Virus record (IMG/VR): IMGVR_UViG_3300025012_000028
Span: 62,001 to 126,000 of that record
DNA: 64,000 nt
Direction: 5' to 3' (one strand)
The translations under genes were made by a program, and so were the position numbers. The number at the start of each line of letters is the position of its first letter. The first letter of the stretch is position 1. Below are positions 18,434-27,511 of the stretch, piece after piece. Under the pieces are notes generated by a model. It did no database searches and was not told the DNA's origin. It saw only the letters and a program-made list of their open reading frames with translations.

Positions 18434-20083
18434 TTAATTAAACAACCAAGCCCATTCCGATGGGAGTGCAGTTGGTTGATCCATATAATCGCCCATCTCA
18501 GGAAGCACAACCAAAATTGTGGGTTCTTGTGACTCACTATCTTCTTGGGTTCTTTGAAGAATACCTTTAGCATAATCTAAATTGGCTTCATCAAATCCTT
18601 CGAAGTCTTTAACTTGCATGAAGAATATAGCACCAATAAGCGCCATAACAGCATCGTCTTTATATGTTTTATCTGCTTTATAAGAAGTACCAGATTTAAT
18701 AAAAGTTCCTATTTGTGAAATGGTATCAAAATCATTAATGATCAATCTTTGGTTTTCTATTAAGAGTTTTAAATTTGAACATCCAAGTTTTTTAGTTTTT
18801 CTTGAAGTTTTATATCCCGGTAAATTGCCCTTCTGATAAAAAATATTTTCATATTCAAATTCATCGACAATTTTATTTGCAATCTCAAGACCCGTTGAGT
18901 TTTGTTCTACAAATATATAACCAGTGTTATAAAACTTAGCAAATTCAACAACTGGTTCGGGAACCTCTAAATAGTTTATTCCCTCACGGATCAACATACA
19001 TCCAACCTGAACAAATGGAAATGTTGTGATATCCAAAATTTGAAGTGATATCGAATCGGATGTTGAATCTTCTTGCATCTCAGAAGAATCTAACCCCAAG
19101 GCATATGTATGTTTAGGTTTAGGTAGTTCATATAATTTAATATGTTTGTGATATCGTTCATGAACATTAAGATTGGTTGGAATTTTAATAGGTTCCTGAA
19201 ATGTGAGGTTAGCAATGTACTTACCACTAATTAAAGTTAGTGCAGACCCAAGGAAACTACAGTCTTGTTCCTGTGCAAAACTAAGTTCAGAAGTTTTGGC
19301 TATTTCATTAGTTTTCCAAGCTTCATCACGTCCCGGCACATCTTGCCAATAAACTCGGATTGGATTATAACCGTTTCGTTTTTGGATCGCCTCTGTCCAA
19401 ATTTTATACCAATGATTCAAACCTTTGGCAGTAGAGGAAAGAAATATTTTAGATTCTTTAAATGATGAAAGAGTTGGAAAGTTACTGTCATAAAATTCCC
19501 AAAATTTATCTTGGCTGATTAATCCAATTTCATCCATGTAAAGAATGTTAATGGATTCGGAACGAAGACCAGAAGCAGATGTTGTATCTGCAATGATGGA
19601 ACACCCATTCTCTAATTCAATATATCCAGCATTCCACACTTTAATACCCTGTTGAAGAAAATGGGGCAGGTATTCGTATGCTCTTTTTATATCCTTCAGA
19701 ATTTTTCTAGCTACCCTACCTTTGTTGGCGAGAATAGCCGCTTGTTTTTGATCTGAGAATAAAATGAACCAGAGAATATATAATTGGACAGATGTGGTCT
19801 TGCCACATTGACGTGGTGCGAGTAAGCAGTTGTACCTAAACTCATGAAAATCATCAAGAATTTTATTCTGATAATCTCGCAGTTTAACAATTTGCATTCC
19901 CTTTTCAGTGAGAACACGACAATATTTTTCAATGAAGTATCTATAATCTTCACTACATTTCTTATATTCTAAAATATGTTCTTTAGTCCAAGGGAGAGCG
20001 CAGTTAATTGGTTTTAACTTAACGTTCCGCTCAAAATGAATCTTTTTCCCATTAATATCTACATCAAAATCTTTTAAATACAT
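18434..20083 (-). CDS. gp17: Terminase large subunit (gp17-like)
   Basis: LRDYQ, APRQCGKTT Walker A, ILANK, LYMDE Walker B, DDAVMAL; no intein seen. Confidence 0.97.
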   Translation of the reverse strand: MYLKDFDVDINGKKIHFERNVKLKPINCALPWTKEHILEYKKCSEDYRYFIEKYCRVLTEKGMQIVKLRDYQNKILDDFHEFRYNCLLAPRQCGKTTSVQLYILWFILFSDQKQAAILANKGRVARKILKDIKRAYEYLPHFLQQGIKVWNAGYIELENGCSIIADTTSASGLRSESINILYMDEIGLISQDKFWEFYDSNFPTLSSFKESKIFLSSTAKGLNHWYKIWTEAIQKRNGYNPIRVYWQDVPGRDEAWKTNEIAKTSELSFAQEQDCSFLGSALTLISGKYIANLTFQEPIKIPTNLNVHERYHKHIKLYELPKPKHTYALGLDSSEMQEDSTSDSISLQILDITTFPFVQVGCMLIREGINYLEVPEPVVEFAKFYNTGYIFVEQNSTGLEIANKIVDEFEYENIFYQKGNLPGYKTSRKTKKLGCSNLKLLIENQRLIINDFDTISQIGTFIKSGTSYKADKTYKDDAVMALIGAIFFMQVKDFEGFDEANLDYAKGILQRTQEDSESQEPTILVVLPEMGDYMDQPTALPSEWAWLFN

Positions 20084-20111
20084 AAAACCTCAATTAATTA
20101 TTTTCTAATGT

Positions 20112-20150
20112 TATTTATATCTTGACAACCAAACTAAAATCCTATATACT
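20112..20150. promoter_or_regulatory. Late promoter (-) back-to-back with sigma70 promoter (+)
   Basis: TATTTATA 20112-20119; TTGACA(20122)-17 bp-TATACT(20145). Confidence 0.85.
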
Positions 20151-20182
20151 CACCATATAGAAAATAAACCAAGGGGTCAGTT

Positions 20183-20424
20183 ATGAAAATTTATGTGATG
20201 GGTCCTGAAGTATCGTTGGAAGAACTTCAGGAAGATGTAATTGCTGCACGCCAAAAGGGTTATAGTGGAAATTCGCTTTCACTCCCGAAACTGTTCAAGC
20301 ACTTATCGACAAGCTAAATGGGATGGAATTGCTTCTCAAAGATGCAATCGATTTGGTCGAATATCGTGAAGGTGTTGGTTTTGGATATGATGAGATTTCT
20401 GAAAAATATAATAATTTCAAATAA
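20183..20424 (+). pseudogene. Frameshifted small early gene (one apparent base deletion near 20268) or sequence error
   Basis: MKIYVMG...GYSG joins FAFTPETVQALIDK...NNFK* in the -1 frame; 242 nt +1 = 81 codons ending at the next RBS. Confidence 0.55.
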
Positions 20425-20436
20425 GGAGAAACTAAA

Positions 20437-20646
20437 ATGGCATTTTCGAAAAGGGAATTTGGGTATGTGACAGTATGGACCGAAGATGTAGGTTCATTTG
20501 GAGTAGATAAACCTACTGTCGAAATTTCTTGGTCAAGTGTGGGGAGTGTATCTATTATGGGTGCCATTGAGTTTGCTGAAGACATGACCAAGGCAATTAG
20601 ATTCGCAGCATCAGAATCTAACAGACTTGGGATTGGGGTTAAATGA
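20437..20646 (+). CDS. Hypothetical protein
   Basis: AAGGAG RBS. Confidence 0.6.
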   Translation: MAFSKREFGYVTVWTEDVGSFGVDKPTVEISWSSVGSVSIMGAIEFAEDMTKAIRFAASESNRLGIGVK

Positions 20647-20735
20647 TATGAAACTCGAAATTGGAAATATGTATCTAACAGACTTGGGATTGGGGTTAAA
20701 TGATATGAAACTCGAAATTGGAAATATGTATCTAA
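20616..20735. repeat. Perfect 57-bp tandem duplication with ATCTAA microhomology
   Basis: 20616-20672 = 20673-20729; ATCTAA recurs at 20730. Confidence 0.95.
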
Positions 20736-20872
20736 GTGAAAATGATGATGTGGTGGAAATAATTGGTTTCCATGCAGTCGATGATTTATATGAGGGTGAT
20801 GATGGGCATTTCTATGAAGAAGATGGGATAGGGTTCACTTCACCATACGACCTGATTGGGGAGATAGACTAA
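20648..20872 (+). CDS. Small acidic protein with duplicated N-terminus
   Basis: MKLEIGNMYL occurs twice. Confidence 0.6.
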   Translation: MKLEIGNMYLTDLGLGLNDMKLEIGNMYLSENDDVVEIIGFHAVDDLYEGDDGHFYEEDGIGFTSPYDLIGEID

Positions 20873-20883
20873 TCTATCTCCCC
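20858..20883. terminator. Hairpin between convergent genes
   Basis: GGGGAGATAGA-CTAA-TCTATCTCCCC; lacks a clear U tract. Confidence 0.55.
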
Positions 20884-20934
20884 TCATGACCAATAAAATT
20901 GGCTAAGTCTTTGACCATTTGTTTTTGAATGGAT

Positions 20935-21855
20935 CTATCTATCTATTTCAATATCATCTACAGTATCTACCCATTTACCAAAGTTTACAGTTTTGTTTGT
21001 ATAGTTGAGTTTGGTCAAACCATCCTCAATCATATCTTTTCGCCACGGATCAGTGCTAATGATAAAGATTTCTTTGATGGTAAATTTATCAATAAGAACC
21101 TCATTATACGATTCATTTTGTTGGTGTTTGAATTTCCGCGATATTTCTTTAATTTCTTCTTTATTGTCAATTAAGAACTGCTTACAAAAAATATAAAACT
21201 CATGTTGGATTTTATAAAAGAATGCGCTTATTAATCTGGACGTTTGATTATTTTCTTTTTTCAGTTCTTTTAATAATTTATAATTTTCCCACGGACTTTT
21301 ATAATTGCTTATTGAAGAAGATTTTAGACCCCCATGTTCGGAAACTTTAATATACTGAAGGGTTGGGTTGTCGTTTATAAATTGCTTAAACAAATTTTCT
21401 ATTAAAATACTTTTTGGATAATGATAATTAACATTCAGACCATTAAATAAAAAATGTACTCCTCTGGTTCCTTTTTCATCTGGAACCGAATAAATATCAT
21501 CATCACCAGCAACTACAAGTTCCCCACTTAATTTACATAAAACATCATAAGCCCTCACATCTTCTTTATAATTTCCTGAAAATGTTTGACCGATAATATT
21601 AGCAGGGTGGCTCAATGACGTAAAAGAACTGACACTTTTCCTAGTATGCTGAATCGCTTTTAAATTTCTAAGACCGTTGATTGTCGTTCCATGAAAGCTT
21701 TCTATTTCCATTTCCCCCAATATTTTTTTGGTTGTTGTGGGCGGAAGATAAAAATATCCGTCTTGTCTAACGATATGTTCAAGATAAGTTTTCTTCCACG
21801 AAATATCCCAAGGATCGATTGGTGCTTCAGTCAGGTATTGTTTGAAAGAAATCAT
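20935..21855 (-). CDS. Putative capsid-internal ADP-ribosyltransferase-like protein
   Basis: Leader MISFKQYLTE|A; FHGT...SVSSFT...YNEVL. Confidence 0.6.
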   Translation of the reverse strand: MISFKQYLTEAPIDPWDISWKKTYLEHIVRQDGYFYLPPTTTKKILGEMEIESFHGTTINGLRNLKAIQHTRKSVSSFTSLSHPANIIGQTFSGNYKEDVRAYDVLCKLSGELVVAGDDDIYSVPDEKGTRGVHFLFNGLNVNYHYPKSILIENLFKQFINDNPTLQYIKVSEHGGLKSSSISNYKSPWENYKLLKELKKENNQTSRLISAFFYKIQHEFYIFCKQFLIDNKEEIKEISRKFKHQQNESYNEVLIDKFTIKEIFIISTDPWRKDMIEDGLTKLNYTNKTVNFGKWVDTVDDIEIDR

Positions 21856-21857
21856 AT

Positions 21858-22760
21858 TTACCACTGTTCCTTTTCTGGTATATGACTTATAAACTCTATA
21901 AGATCAGGTAAAATTATTTCTTTTAATTGATATCGATCGTAGTCGTGTTGATCCATAATTTGAAACCATTTATCTTTATTAACAAATTTAAGCTGGCCTA
22001 GTTTTGTTATTACTTCCGTGATATGATCGACACGTTCTTTTTGTGGGCATATCAACATCACTTCTTTTATGGTGAAGTTGCTAATGAGATATTCATTATA
22101 AAAAATATGTTTCTGTTCTTCCGCATAATGTGTGTTGAAAATTTCTTCACGGTTTTCGTTTAAAAATTCGTCTAACATTTTATGATAGAGTTGAATGATT
22201 TTTAATTTATATCTCTTAACTGCATTTACACTGATACTGCTATTCAATTCCTCTTCGATGCGGTAGCTACTGGTGGCAGGTTCACCCATTATTTCTCGGA
22301 ATGTTTCCAAACACATATTAGTAACTTCACTTCTGAAATCTGTGAATAAAGATAAATTAGCTATACCCGCCCCTCTCATTCCTTTATGATCCGGAATTGA
22401 TCCTATATCACTATTCCCCGGAAAAATTAATGTGCCTTGAAGTTTAGCGACAACATCCATTCCACTATGTTCATCTTTATAATCGCCCGAAAAGGTTCTA
22501 AAAAGACTAGCCGGACTTTCAATCTTGGTGAATGAAGAAACGGTTTTTCTGGTGTGTTGGATTGCCCTCAGTTTATACAAACCGTCTATGGTAGTTGAGT
22601 GAAATGATGTGACCACTTTTCCAATTAGGTGTTTCTTAACGAGACTAGGTGGAAGATAAATTTGGGTTCTATCAAGAATTATCCTCCACGCATCTCTTTT
22701 CCAAGAAATATCCCAAGGATCGATTGGTGCTTCTGTCAAAAATGATTTAAAAGTGATCAT
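21858..22760 (-). CDS. Paralog of the preceding ART-like protein
   Basis: MITFKSFLTE|APIDPWDISWK; FHST...TVSSFT...YNEYL. Confidence 0.6.
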   Translation of the reverse strand: MITFKSFLTEAPIDPWDISWKRDAWRIILDRTQIYLPPSLVKKHLIGKVVTSFHSTTIDGLYKLRAIQHTRKTVSSFTKIESPASLFRTFSGDYKDEHSGMDVVAKLQGTLIFPGNSDIGSIPDHKGMRGAGIANLSLFTDFRSEVTNMCLETFREIMGEPATSSYRIEEELNSSISVNAVKRYKLKIIQLYHKMLDEFLNENREEIFNTHYAEEQKHIFYNEYLISNFTIKEVMLICPQKERVDHITEVITKLGQLKFVNKDKWFQIMDQHDYDRYQLKEIILPDLIEFISHIPEKEQW

Positions 22761-22768
22761 AAATTCTC

Positions 22769-24124
22769 TTATTTAAAATTAGGGATTGATATGTTGGCAA
22801 AGTTTTTCAATTCGGTTGTACCATAATCAATCAACATCATCTTAAAGAAGTCAGAATTGCTTTCGTTATCGGAATGCCAGATATTATCTTTGTTTATATT
22901 ACCGACATCCTGTGGATGTCTTGTCATGGCGTAGCGGTCAAGGTAAAGAACGTTCTCTTTCAGATTCGTGTCAGTCACTTGATGGATGGATGTGTTGTAG
23001 GGTGAATAAACCACACCAGTATCACCGTCACCATCATTATCACCCTGATATCCCACTAAGATGAAGTATTCCCCCACATCAGAAAACAAATCGCTGTAGA
23101 GGGGATATGTGCCAACCGTACCTACTTTATAGGGGTTCTGTTCATCCGAGTATGCTTTAGTCACCACAGCATTTGTCTGAAGGAATGCACAAGTAACCGG
23201 ATCAGCAAGAACAAAAATTGTCCTGTTACGTTTGGTGTCACGAACAATTTGCTCACCAGCTAAGAAAATGTTAACCACAAGATCATCAGTGACATCTTTT
23301 AATCCACCACCACCAACAGCAATTGAAGACTTCAAATCAATTTTGGTTGGGGGCAGAACAACATATGATGCGATAAATTTAAGATAAGAAATAAATTCCT
23401 TATCAATCTCCTGTCTGATTTCGTTGGCAATCGATTCGGAAACTAAATCAATTCCCTTTTCCTTATAAACTGCTAACCAATCCTGAAGTTGTTCCTGAGA
23501 CAGTTTGGATTTCAGTTTCCTAGATTTGGCTTTAATATCAACAGTTCTAGTTTCAAAACCAATGAACCTGACTTGGGTATTATCATCATTAGAATAGCCC
23601 ACAAAATTACCATCGGCATCTGTAGTACCAGAGTAACCATGAAACAATTTTTTGATAGCTGCTCTGTTAAATGTTGCATATGAGGCGGTGAATGTGGCAG
23701 AATTGAAAGTATCGTCTTTGACTGGAACACCCTCACCGGAAGTTCTGGCAACCAACAGTTTCTTACCTTCAATAAATCTAATGGTAAATTCAGATGAATC
23801 GGAATCGGCAGTCAATACATCATCGACACTCATACTGCTCACATCTTCTTCCACTACAATTAGGAAGGATGAATCAGGATGAGTATTGGTTTCTGCACTT
23901 GAACCCGAACCAGAATAAGTAGAAAAGAGACTAGCAATTTTACCGACCGGTCCTTTCAGTGGTTGAACATCTGCGACTTGACTGATTAAAGAGTCCAGAT
24001 ATATCTTTTTGAGTAGAGGTAAAATCAGTTGAGCAAAAACGGATGAATCGGCAGAAGATGATAATGCAGATTCTTTAAGAAAATTTTGCTCCAATTGCTC
24101 TAACATCATTTCTATTTTTCTCAT
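22769..24124 (-). CDS. Capsid protein paralog (gp24 vertex/gp23-like)
   Basis: VADVQPLKGPVG, KSRKLK, EIRQEIDKE, VYSPY; late promoter 24153-24160. Confidence 0.85.
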   Translation of the reverse strand: MRKIEMMLEQLEQNFLKESALSSSADSSVFAQLILPLLKKIYLDSLISQVADVQPLKGPVGKIASLFSTYSGSGSSAETNTHPDSSFLIVVEEDVSSMSVDDVLTADSDSSEFTIRFIEGKKLLVARTSGEGVPVKDDTFNSATFTASYATFNRAAIKKLFHGYSGTTDADGNFVGYSNDDNTQVRFIGFETRTVDIKAKSRKLKSKLSQEQLQDWLAVYKEKGIDLVSESIANEIRQEIDKEFISYLKFIASYVVLPPTKIDLKSSIAVGGGGLKDVTDDLVVNIFLAGEQIVRDTKRNRTIFVLADPVTCAFLQTNAVVTKAYSDEQNPYKVGTVGTYPLYSDLFSDVGEYFILVGYQGDNDGDGDTGVVYSPYNTSIHQVTDTNLKENVLYLDRYAMTRHPQDVGNINKDNIWHSDNESNSDFFKMMLIDYGTTELKNFANISIPNFK

Positions 24125-24164
24125 GTATGATATCCTTATATAAGTTTTATTTTATTTATAAAAA

Positions 24165-26570
24165 CTAAATAGAGCGAACCGGAATACACCAGTTGGCGTT
24201 GAACTTTACTGACCTTGCATCAACCTCTCCATTTTTAAAACTGAAAACAAACCTAACCCGATTAAAATCACCATTTTTTAGTTCAGGATCATCACACCAA
24301 CAAAACATATCTAAGTTTAAGTTCCTGAGTTTATTTTTATGTTGATATAACATCTGACATTCTTTCACCGATGGTAATCTCCAATCAGTAAAACCACCGG
24401 CGTTAAAATTGAAACAGAAATTGTCTGCCTCTTCGAATGTATAATATTCATTTCTATATTCGTAGAAGTTGGCAAGTGTCATAATGTTTTCGATTGTCAC
24501 TACGGAATTTTCATCCTTACCTTCCAACGCATTGTTATTCTTTTCAATCACGTCTGTCACCAACATCAGTGGTGGTTTACTGTCTTCTTCGAAGAATATA
24601 ATTTCTTTCCTTGCCATTTGTTGTTTTGTGATTGCTTCTTTAAACAAACCCATCAGTTCCAAAAATTGGTCTGATGTCTCAAAAATTCTTCTGAAATAAC
24701 TCATCAGAACATCCCACATAGGATAGAATAACACATTCTTTGTAACTCTGTCCGAGAATTTCAATTCATCTAATACCATATAAATGTGGTTTTCCATATC
24801 AACGGGACGTTTCAATTCGGCCTCGTATAATTTAAAAAAGTGTTCCGTCACTATCGGCAAGATTTTTACCTGTGGATAAGATACTAAAGTTCCGATGGGA
24901 GATGGAAGTTTATTTAAATCTTTCACACCAAGAAGATATTGGTTCAATACTTTAGTCAGTTTTTTCCCTTCGGGAGAATCTGGTTGCATATTGACAAATA
25001 TTTTGTAAAATTCGTTGGGATCTTTAGTAATGAGTTCTGGTCCGATCTTATTATAATCTATTTTAGAAATTTTGGAATCATTATTATCCTGATAAATTTG
25101 TTTCGTGTTCAGACAGTAGATACCTTCCTTCTTGCCCTGTTTAGAATCCAACCATTGCTGAACAGTCTCTCTAAATCCTTCTATATGTCTTCCATAAACT
25201 GATTCAGAAACATAAAGGAATGTATCGTCGGGATTATCCTCATTGTAATATGGGATAATGAGGTAACGAGCAATTGGATCTTTTAGTGGATCTTTACTTG
25301 TTGGATTTTTTTGTAGACCATATTCTTCGTATAGTTTTGGATACTCTTTTTTAATATCAATTAATGGAAAAATAGATAAAAATTCGTCCTTAAAATAAGA
25401 TTTCCAATTTAATGTAATTTTTGTTTTAGCATCTTGGAGTCCTAATATTTCAAAAAATAAATTTTCTTTCATTGAATCACTAATTTTTCCTACTTCATTT
25501 ATTTTTTTATTGATTACATAAGCAACCAAACACCCCTCATTAATCTCGGTTGGTAGATAATGGCGGTTACTCCCATCTTCCAGATTCTTACAACTGTGCC
25601 ATTCTTTATCATACGATTGCCCTAATATATCATATGGGTGTCGGCTAATTACTACTTCATATTTGTCCGTGTTATCATCTGCGACTTTACCCCTGAAACG
25701 TTCATTGAATTTTTGAAGTAAATCAGATTCACCTTTAGACTGTAATAGTTTCCCGATGCGCATCTGTCTAGAAGAATTAGTAGCCTGAGCTAGACCAGCT
25801 TTCCAATCTACTATCTTATAATCAAATTCACTTAGCTTATCATCAATCTCAACATAAAGATCAGAACTTAAATCCTTATTAATCGGAAGGAACTTGCGCC
25901 ACTTACCATCGAACCATTCTTTATACCGATGTTTATAATCCTCAGAAATACTTTTCCACCATGTTCTACCATAGATGTCTTCATTTGCACCATCTATCAC
26001 TTTTCTATTTGAACCTTTCTTAATCGGCATGTGCATCGCATTACGGTAAGTAGAAAGTTTTATGGCTTCTAACATCAATTTATCACCAATACGATCAACT
26101 AATGGTATATTCCTTTCATCACACCACTCTTTAATTACTTTTGCGTCTTGGTGAATATGTATATGATCTATATTTGGTTTAAACATAATTTCTACAATAT
26201 AATCACTCAGGTTTTCGATACTGGTAGATAAAATTCGTTCTTCCATTTCATCAATTCTATCTTGAGCAGATTTAAACCCAAAATATTTAAAATCATGAAA
26301 AGGTACTATCTTATATTTGTGAGAAAGTTTATTACCATCCAGAGCAATTCTAATATCGGATGGTACACCAGTCCCATGAACTCTTCGATGAAAGTTTTTA
26401 TCTCTGGTTACGGATATTGATGCACCACTTAACACAGAATTATATGATAATAAATCAATTGATTTTAAACTATTATCTTCCAAAATTGATTTACCATTTA
26501 AAATGGTGGTAAAATGGTAAACAATTCCAACCTGTTTCGCTTCGTTGATATAATTTTTAAATGGGATCAT
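24165..26570 (-). CDS. Multidomain putative internal head protein: ART-like, central SRHPYD domain, C-terminal DUF1566/Lcl-like
   Basis: MIPFKNYINE|A; YHFT...SVTR...EMEERI; GGFTDWRLPS..E...PVR. Confidence 0.65.
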   Translation of the reverse strand: MIPFKNYINEAKQVGIVYHFTTILNGKSILEDNSLKSIDLLSYNSVLSGASISVTRDKNFHRRVHGTGVPSDIRIALDGNKLSHKYKIVPFHDFKYFGFKSAQDRIDEMEERILSTSIENLSDYIVEIMFKPNIDHIHIHQDAKVIKEWCDERNIPLVDRIGDKLMLEAIKLSTYRNAMHMPIKKGSNRKVIDGANEDIYGRTWWKSISEDYKHRYKEWFDGKWRKFLPINKDLSSDLYVEIDDKLSEFDYKIVDWKAGLAQATNSSRQMRIGKLLQSKGESDLLQKFNERFRGKVADDNTDKYEVVISRHPYDILGQSYDKEWHSCKNLEDGSNRHYLPTEINEGCLVAYVINKKINEVGKISDSMKENLFFEILGLQDAKTKITLNWKSYFKDEFLSIFPLIDIKKEYPKLYEEYGLQKNPTSKDPLKDPIARYLIIPYYNEDNPDDTFLYVSESVYGRHIEGFRETVQQWLDSKQGKKEGIYCLNTKQIYQDNNDSKISKIDYNKIGPELITKDPNEFYKIFVNMQPDSPEGKKLTKVLNQYLLGVKDLNKLPSPIGTLVSYPQVKILPIVTEHFFKLYEAELKRPVDMENHIYMVLDELKFSDRVTKNVLFYPMWDVLMSYFRRIFETSDQFLELMGLFKEAITKQQMARKEIIFFEEDSKPPLMLVTDVIEKNNNALEGKDENSVVTIENIMTLANFYEYRNEYYTFEEADNFCFNFNAGGFTDWRLPSVKECQMLYQHKNKLRNLNLDMFCWCDDPELKNGDFNRVRFVFSFKNGEVDARSVKFNANWCIPVRSI

Positions 26571-26578
26571 GATTTACC

Positions 26579-26615
26579 TTGACATTAAATTAGAGTTGTG
26601 GTAATATTATTTATA
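26579..26615. promoter_or_regulatory. Sigma70 promoter (+) fused to late promoter (-)
   Basis: TTGACA(26579)-17 bp-TAATAT(26602) then TATTTATA(26608-26615). Confidence 0.85.
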
Positions 26616-26638
26616 TTAATTTTTTAGGAGGAAGGGGA

Positions 26639-26911
26639 ATGAAATTTCAAGATATGTCACATGAAGAATTTTTGTTTTTCTTGAAGTGTGTGGTGGATAA
26701 CACCCACCAACCCATGAAAACTACTACCAATCTAACATTTCAGAAAGTATATGAAATGATGATTGGTAGCAGAGAATTCATGAGTATTAAATATTTCAGT
26801 GATACAGCAATAAAAGAAGTTTTGAGAAATAATTGTTTAGCAATGTGTTATATAGAGGCAAGAAAACGTTATCAAAAATTCTTTAATGTCAAGACTCTGG
26901 AATACTACTAA
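26639..26911 (+). CDS. Single-gene early island, hypothetical protein
   Basis: AGGAGG RBS. Confidence 0.6.
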   Translation: MKFQDMSHEEFLFFLKCVVDNTHQPMKTTTNLTFQKVYEMMIGSREFMSIKYFSDTAIKEVLRNNCLAMCYIEARKRYQKFFNVKTLEYY

Positions 26912-27443
26912 CATCAACTATCTTTCCATTGCCCTGACCTTGGATAATACTCAACAGATCGGCTGTCGATCCTGAAAAAACATTGATGGTCTGGTTCAAA
27001 TCTCCATTTACATTAGGGACATCTTTGGGTGTCCCTTTTGGTGCTGGTTGTTGTCTTGATTTCTCGATTGCTGCTATATCTTTATAACTTGAAAGCAACA
27101 ATTGAATGTTACTTCCTAAAGCAGTTTGTAATTGAGCCAGTGCCATAAGGTGACTTGGTTTCAGATCGTCCAATTCTACCACACTCACACCATCCAAAAT
27201 CCTATTTCCGGCGTTGACAACCTTCATGATGTTCTGTCTGACTATCTGAAAATCCATTTTAAGTTGATTTAAATCTAAAATAGATTCGTTGGGTTTATAT
27301 TCCACCAACTCTCCACCTGTTTCATAAGGAGCGGGAAGAAGATCGTCCGTGGAAAAATCGTCCACCAGTTCTGAAAGGTCTTCAACCAGAGTTTGAGCAA
27401 GAGAAAACTTCTCTTCTAGTCTTTGTAATTTTTCGTTTTTCAT
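26889..27443 (-). CDS. gp16: Terminase small subunit (gp16-like)
   Basis: DFQIVRQNI...G..IL and C-terminal FSGSTADLL; synteny between gp15 and gp17. Confidence 0.8.
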   Translation of the reverse strand: MKNEKLQRLEEKFSLAQTLVEDLSELVDDFSTDDLLPAPYETGGELVEYKPNESILDLNQLKMDFQIVRQNIMKVVNAGNRILDGVSVVELDDLKPSHLMALAQLQTALGSNIQLLLSSYKDIAAIEKSRQQPAPKGTPKDVPNVNGDLNQTINVFSGSTADLLSIIQGQGNGKIVDVSSIPES

Positions 27444-27502
27444 TTAACCGTCCTTAAGGTGGTGAGGCAGAGCGCCAGAATCAGGTTATAAAATAGTTTC
27501 AT
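27440..27502 (-). pseudogene. Truncated signal-peptide gene remnant (MKLFYNLILALCLTTLRTVK*)
   Basis: GAAGGA RBS; stop overlaps gp16 ATG. Confidence 0.5.
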
Positions 27503-27511
27503 TTTTTCCTT

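Noticed and set aside
20616-20735. CRISPR-like repeat
   Set aside because: Contiguous duplication with no spacer.
24165-24450. Diversity-generating retroelement
   Set aside because: DUF1566-like domain present, but no reverse transcriptase or template repeat seen in this window.
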